A stretch of 64,000 nucleotides of DNA. It comes from Candidatus Latescibacterota bacterium (GTDB lineage Bacteria; Latescibacterota; UBA2968). The stretch spans positions 384,001-448,000 of the forward strand of contig OZ242320.1 in the NCBI GenBank assembly GCA_965208125.1, in the 5' to 3' direction. This document shows, one piece after another, positions 59,532 through 64,000 of this stretch (position 1 is its first letter; each line of letters begins with the position of its first letter). The notes under the pieces were generated by a model. The model ran no database searches and was not told the origin of the DNA. It was given only the letters and a program-made list of their open reading frames with translations. A program made the position numbers and the translations under genes.

Positions 59532-60340
59532 GCCATATCTCCCAAACCCTGATCCTTCATCTTCCTCCTCACCAGCCACTCGACAATTTTGGGATGAATC
59601 AATTGCAACCATGGCAATGCGCGGTGGTGCCAGGGAAGCACCAATTCGCGCTTCTGTTTTCGCATAGCCTTCAAAATTGCCACACAACAATATTTAAGAG
59701 AAAGCGCCTCTTCATTGTGCCGCTGTGAGGAATCGCCCAGTGCTTCACCATCTTTCCCAAAAGCGTGTTGTCTCAGATTCGTCCCCTGAAGCCAATGCGG
59801 CAAGACCGTCAAAATATGTACGTCTTCCACTTCCAGACGCAGAGCGTTCAAAAAACCCAGCACCGCGTGCTTTGACGCGCCATATCCCGTGTGCAAAGGC
59901 ACGCCAAATTTGCTCTGCAAAGATGCAATGGCCACGATCAGGCCCTTCGAAACTTTTAAATGTGGCAATGCCGCATGCACGCAATAAACCAGACCGAGAT
60001 AATTGGTCTCCATCAGCTTGCGAAACACCTCCAAATCTTCCACCTCATCAAACCTCGCCCACATACTGATCCCGGCATTGGCAATCAAATAATCTATGCA
60101 ACCAAATTCTACAATCGTCGCCTCAACCAATTGCTCGCAATTTTCGATCTGTGTAACATCCCCCACCACTGTCACCACCTGCGCCCCCAACCGCCGACAC
60201 GCCTCAGCCGTCTCGCCCAGCTTTTCCTCTCGCCGTGCAAACAATGTTAGGTGTGCGCCCTGTTTCGCCAGTTCCAGAGCCAACGCAGCCCCAAGCCCCG
60301 AAGACGCGCCTGTAATAATCACTACCTTATCCCTAAACAT
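59528..60340 (-). CDS. SDR oxidoreductase, DHRS7/DHRS7B-like
   Basis: ITGASSGLG, NAGIS, METNY, IVAIASLQSK, YGASKHA. Confidence 0.85.
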   Translation of the reverse strand: MFRDKVVIITGASSGLGAALALELAKQGAHLTLFARREEKLGETAEACRRLGAQVVTVVGDVTQIENCEQLVEATIVEFGCIDYLIANAGISMWARFDEVEDLEVFRKLMETNYLGLVYCVHAALPHLKVSKGLIVAIASLQSKFGVPLHTGYGASKHAVLGFLNALRLEVEDVHILTVLPHWLQGTNLRQHAFGKDGEALGDSSQRHNEEALSLKYCCVAILKAMRKQKRELVLPWHHRALPWLQLIHPKIVEWLVRRKMKDQGLGDMA

Positions 60341-60374
60341 CGCGCCATTCAAAATCAATAATTCCTTTCCATTC

Positions 60375-62207
60375 TCAATCCGCAAACGCCCCATTGCCAA
60401 TGGCGAAGATATTATTTGGATCCATCGCCTTTTTCATCTGCCGCAACACTGCAATGCTATTTTCGCTTTGAATCTGAGGCAAAAATCCACTGCGGAGTTT
60501 GCCCACGCCGTGATGGTGCGACAAAGACCCGCCGTAGTCTAAAATTTCCTGCCGCAACTGGCGCTCAATCGCGTGATAAACGCCAACCGAATCCTCAAGC
60601 CCCTGCGCGCAAAAACCCATTGTAAAATAAATGCACACGCCCGTGTGATAGGTCTGCGTCACGCGATAGGCCAGAAAGGGCTTGCCCGGCACGCCGTATT
60701 CTTCACACAAAACAACCAACTTCTTTTCCACCGCACCAATAACATCGTGAATATTAGTCCACGGCACAGAAGTCTCAAATGTCTCACCCAAAATGTGAAA
60801 CTGAGTAAAAAAATCGCGAATATACGCAATACCAAACGTCAACATATATCCCCGCTCGCCACGGCGCGCACCGCCCGAAATACCGCCGTACTTCTTCGCC
60901 AAACGGAAAATCGTCTTTTCCTGCTGCCGGACCTCGTCTTTTGTGCCCTCCATCACAATCGTACACGCCACCAACTGATTCGGATCAAAACCCTTGACCT
61001 TGACCAAAAAAAATTGCTGAATATCCTGCTGGAACTTCTTGAATCCTTTAGCCTCGGGCTTCAGCGCCTGTCCAAGATGAAATTCCGTATTGTTCACCAG
61101 CCGAATACTCGCCGGAATTTGTCCCGTCTGTCGAAGTGCCTTTAAGTAACCCACACCCCGTTCAAATGACGGAAACACCAACGAACCAAACGCCTGTGCT
61201 TCGGGCTGTTTGTGAATCTTTATCGTCGCCCGGGTAATAATCCCCAAATTGCCCTCACTTCCAAACAAAAACGACCGGGGCTGCACACCCGTCGAATTGC
61301 GCGGCGTCGCATGGTGTGTCTCCACCTCCCCCGTTGGCGTCACCAGCGTGGCCTCTATCACAATATCCTCAATATTGCCATACCGGTTCTTTTTCATACC
61401 ACTGGCATTGGTCGCAATCCATCCCCCCAGAGTTGAAAACTCCAGACTATCTGGATCGTGTCCCGACGTGTATCCCAGCTCATTCAGCGCAATCTCCAAT
61501 TGCTTACCCGAAATACCCGCTTGCACACACGCCTGAAAATTCTCTTCATCCACCTGCACAATGCGACTCATGCGGCGCATATCCACCGACGCGACCATCC
61601 GCGTCTCTGAAATAGGAACAGCGAGCGCACCGCTCACATTCGTCCCGCCGCCATAGGGCACCAGCACCACATTGTGGTCATTTGCAAGCTGAATAATAGC
61701 CTGAATATCCGCGTCTTCCTCTGGGAACAACACCACATCCACCAGGCGTTTGGGCGGCCGATGGTACAAAATTTGATACACCTCATCCACACTCAACTGT
61801 CCGTGGCTATGCACCAGACGCGCTATGTCCTCCTGAGAAACCCCATCTTCGTTGAGCGCATCGCGCACCGCCCTTAAAAATTCGTCATTTGCCACGGGTG
61901 TGGGCAAATCGCGGTGCTCGATCTCTTGCCCCATATCTTCGGGACGGATCGGCACATTGAGCACCTCTTCGACAAAAGGCAAAAAATACGGCATCCGATA
62001 GCCACACAGCGGATACCGCGTTCCCGTCACCTGCACAGTCCTGTCATCGTCAAACTCAAACCGCGTATCCTTATATCCCCACTTGTGTGCAAACCGCTCG
62101 CCTTCTGCTCCCTCAGAAAAACGGTCTTTGCTGGCAAAAGCGCGACGCCCCCGAACGAGCAAAAATACCATCACCAATAAAATTGCAACTATCATCAGTT
62201 CATTCAT
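60375..62207 (-). CDS. Alkyl-dihydroxyacetone-phosphate synthase (AGPS), FAD-linked
   Basis: WGYKDT, PYGGGTNV, GHDPDSLEFSTLGGW, SGMKKNRYGNIED, PASIRL, RVTQTY, GGSLSHHHGVGK. Confidence 0.9.
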   Translation of the reverse strand: MNELMIVAILLVMVFLLVRGRRAFASKDRFSEGAEGERFAHKWGYKDTRFEFDDDRTVQVTGTRYPLCGYRMPYFLPFVEEVLNVPIRPEDMGQEIEHRDLPTPVANDEFLRAVRDALNEDGVSQEDIARLVHSHGQLSVDEVYQILYHRPPKRLVDVVLFPEEDADIQAIIQLANDHNVVLVPYGGGTNVSGALAVPISETRMVASVDMRRMSRIVQVDEENFQACVQAGISGKQLEIALNELGYTSGHDPDSLEFSTLGGWIATNASGMKKNRYGNIEDIVIEATLVTPTGEVETHHATPRNSTGVQPRSFLFGSEGNLGIITRATIKIHKQPEAQAFGSLVFPSFERGVGYLKALRQTGQIPASIRLVNNTEFHLGQALKPEAKGFKKFQQDIQQFFLVKVKGFDPNQLVACTIVMEGTKDEVRQQEKTIFRLAKKYGGISGGARRGERGYMLTFGIAYIRDFFTQFHILGETFETSVPWTNIHDVIGAVEKKLVVLCEEYGVPGKPFLAYRVTQTYHTGVCIYFTMGFCAQGLEDSVGVYHAIERQLRQEILDYGGSLSHHHGVGKLRSGFLPQIQSENSIAVLRQMKKAMDPNNIFAIGNGAFAD

Positions 62208-62223
62208 TTCGTACCTCACGTTT

Positions 62224-63981
62224 TCAAGACTCTTCCGGATTCAACAACGTCGCAATATGCACCGCTTGAAACAGCGCGGCAGCCTCGGACTGAATCCGCA
62301 GCGACCGTCTTTTGGGCAACAGGGTCGTCTCTCCCAGCATAGGCGGCGAGACCCACACATCGACCTGCCCCGGGTTGATATTGATATTGCCTTTTGGACA
62401 TTTGGGCCACAGCGCGTGAAGCCCGCGGTAGGCAATCGGTACAATCACCACATCCTGGGGCAATTGTGCAAACACTCCGTGTTGAAGCGGAAATTGTTGA
62501 AGCGCAAAAGCCGCGGTCGTCGCCATCGGATAAATAACGCCCGGTCGCTCTGTCAATGCCTGTGCCACGCGCTGTGTCGTATGGCCCGCAGCATGGGACC
62601 GCTCGAGCATCACATAGCCATCGACATTTTCCAAAATCTGATCAAAGACCTCCGACGTCATCCCAAACTGCGTGATCTGTTTCGACCCAATTTTGATACC
62701 CGAACGCGCCAGCCCCGTACGCGCCAGAATTACACAAGGTTCGGGTCTTTCCCACCCCATCGCATCCAAAAATTTCCGAGACTGCAAAACCCTGTACAAA
62801 ACGGGATGATCAAACAAACTCTGATGCGTTGGCAAAAAAATAAGACGCCGATCTTCCGTATCGGCTCCCAAATCTCGTACAATGGCTTCAAAATGGGGAT
62901 CGATATAAATATCAACGCGAATATCAAAAATATCCAGCGTGCGACGCCCCCAATCGAGCCAGGTGCGCCATCCAGCTTCGCGGCGACGAATGGGATCGGC
63001 TTCTCTTTCCAACAATTTCTTCTTTTTTCGTCCCACCTTGAGTGAAGTCCCCATCCACCTGACAAAACGCATTCCTCGCTGCAATTTCGAAAATTCCCCT
63101 CGACGCCCGACATCGGAATATTCCAAAAATCGTCCCCGCGCCGTATCTGCGAGCAAAGCGGGAATTTCCACACGCGAAACACTTTGCCCAATGCTATCAA
63201 TTTGCGCGTTCACATCGCATATCAGCTTAACCGACAAATCAATCATATCTCGCGTCAAATAACTATACTCCTGCCCATACCAGTACAACCGGGGACGCAG
63301 CCTGGTGGGATCTTCCTGATGCGCGTGCAAAAATTCAATCAACAATGCCTTGATGTGCAACACATCATCATCTATCCCATTCAGTTCCACATCGTCGCGC
63401 AACTGAGCTAAAGCCACCTCTGCATCCACAATAACCTTCCACACCGACACGCCAAACCAGCCAAAATTTGTCAAATAATTATACCGCGTTGACAGCAGCC
63501 CTCCCGCAGCAATCAAATCGAGCGTGCGCTGTGCCACATCTTGCAACAAATCGCGCAAAGTGCCCACAATCTGCGCGCCATCTCGTTCACAACTGTACTC
63601 CTCGGCCCAGTGTGCACCCTCATCTGCCTCCACATTGCTAAGAACCTCTGCAACGGCGCGGGCATGCGACATCGGCACCTGTGTAATATGCACCTGAGCC
63701 AGAGCCTCTTCAACGGCTTCGGGCGCGTGCAACTCCGCCTGTGCCAGAGCCTTCAAATACAGAGATTGATATAACTTTAAAAAATCTTTCGCATCCCCGC
63801 GTCCGCGCTCGACAAATTGTCGCCGAAGTTGCAAATAAATTCGGCTGCCCGTGTGATATTGCGGAAGCAACTCCGCAAAAGGACGATACGCCTCGTCCAA
63901 ACGCTCATTGCGAACCTCAGGCAGGCCTTGAAAAATCGCATCCACAAGCTGAGCGCGAAATTGTAGTGCCTCCATATCCAT
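62224..63981 (-). CDS. PlsC/GNPAT-like glycerolipid acyltransferase with a large unknown N-terminal domain
   Basis: C-terminal LPLAT motifs: FLPTHQSLFD (HxxxxD), VIYP, VPIA; the ~340-aa N-terminus is unrecognised. Confidence 0.72.
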   Translation of the reverse strand: MDMEALQFRAQLVDAIFQGLPEVRNERLDEAYRPFAELLPQYHTGSRIYLQLRRQFVERGRGDAKDFLKLYQSLYLKALAQAELHAPEAVEEALAQVHITQVPMSHARAVAEVLSNVEADEGAHWAEEYSCERDGAQIVGTLRDLLQDVAQRTLDLIAAGGLLSTRYNYLTNFGWFGVSVWKVIVDAEVALAQLRDDVELNGIDDDVLHIKALLIEFLHAHQEDPTRLRPRLYWYGQEYSYLTRDMIDLSVKLICDVNAQIDSIGQSVSRVEIPALLADTARGRFLEYSDVGRRGEFSKLQRGMRFVRWMGTSLKVGRKKKKLLEREADPIRRREAGWRTWLDWGRRTLDIFDIRVDIYIDPHFEAIVRDLGADTEDRRLIFLPTHQSLFDHPVLYRVLQSRKFLDAMGWERPEPCVILARTGLARSGIKIGSKQITQFGMTSEVFDQILENVDGYVMLERSHAAGHTTQRVAQALTERPGVIYPMATTAAFALQQFPLQHGVFAQLPQDVVIVPIAYRGLHALWPKCPKGNININPGQVDVWVSPPMLGETTLLPKRRSLRIQSEAAALFQAVHIATLLNPEES

Positions 63982-64000
63982 TGCCCCGCTCTGACTTTTG

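Noticed and set aside
62083-63045. 320-aa plus-strand ORF
   Set aside because: Antisense to the acyltransferase and AGPS genes; no motifs.

Overview
Bacterial chromosomal window. Dockerin-like EF-hand tags, PorV, T9SS-type cargo, a PhyH dioxygenase and an ankyrin protein suggest an FCB-group lineage such as Latescibacterota; the lineage is an inference. No rRNA, tRNA, CRISPR array or transposase was seen. There are four blocks. (1) 1-12 kb: catabolic and transport genes, including two permeases fused to signalling-type domains. (2) 12-34.5 kb: a ~22 kb minus-strand aromatic amino-acid superoperon (trpE-G-D-C-F, tyrS, trpB-A, chorismate mutase, DAHP synthase, tyrA, half-size aroA, aroE, ubiE, argS, aroK, aroB, purF), with two toxin-antitoxin pairs inside it and a third just upstream. 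It is preceded by an unannotated 34-aa leader peptide, MNVLTSYFWYFWRRFDGRYYYYRRPSKSVVCPAF, with terminator and antiterminator pairings, apparently one attenuator sensing Trp, Phe and Tyr together. (3) 40-55 kb: a PorV/T9SS-like surface protein and metalloprotease cluster behind a structured, terminator-containing leader. (4) 57-64 kb: an operon encoding an acyltransferase, an animal-type alkyl-DHAP synthase (AGPS) and a DHRS7B-like reductase, followed by a lipid kinase, which is a candidate eukaryote-style ether-lipid pathway. All family assignments come from motif recognition and memory; no database searches were run.
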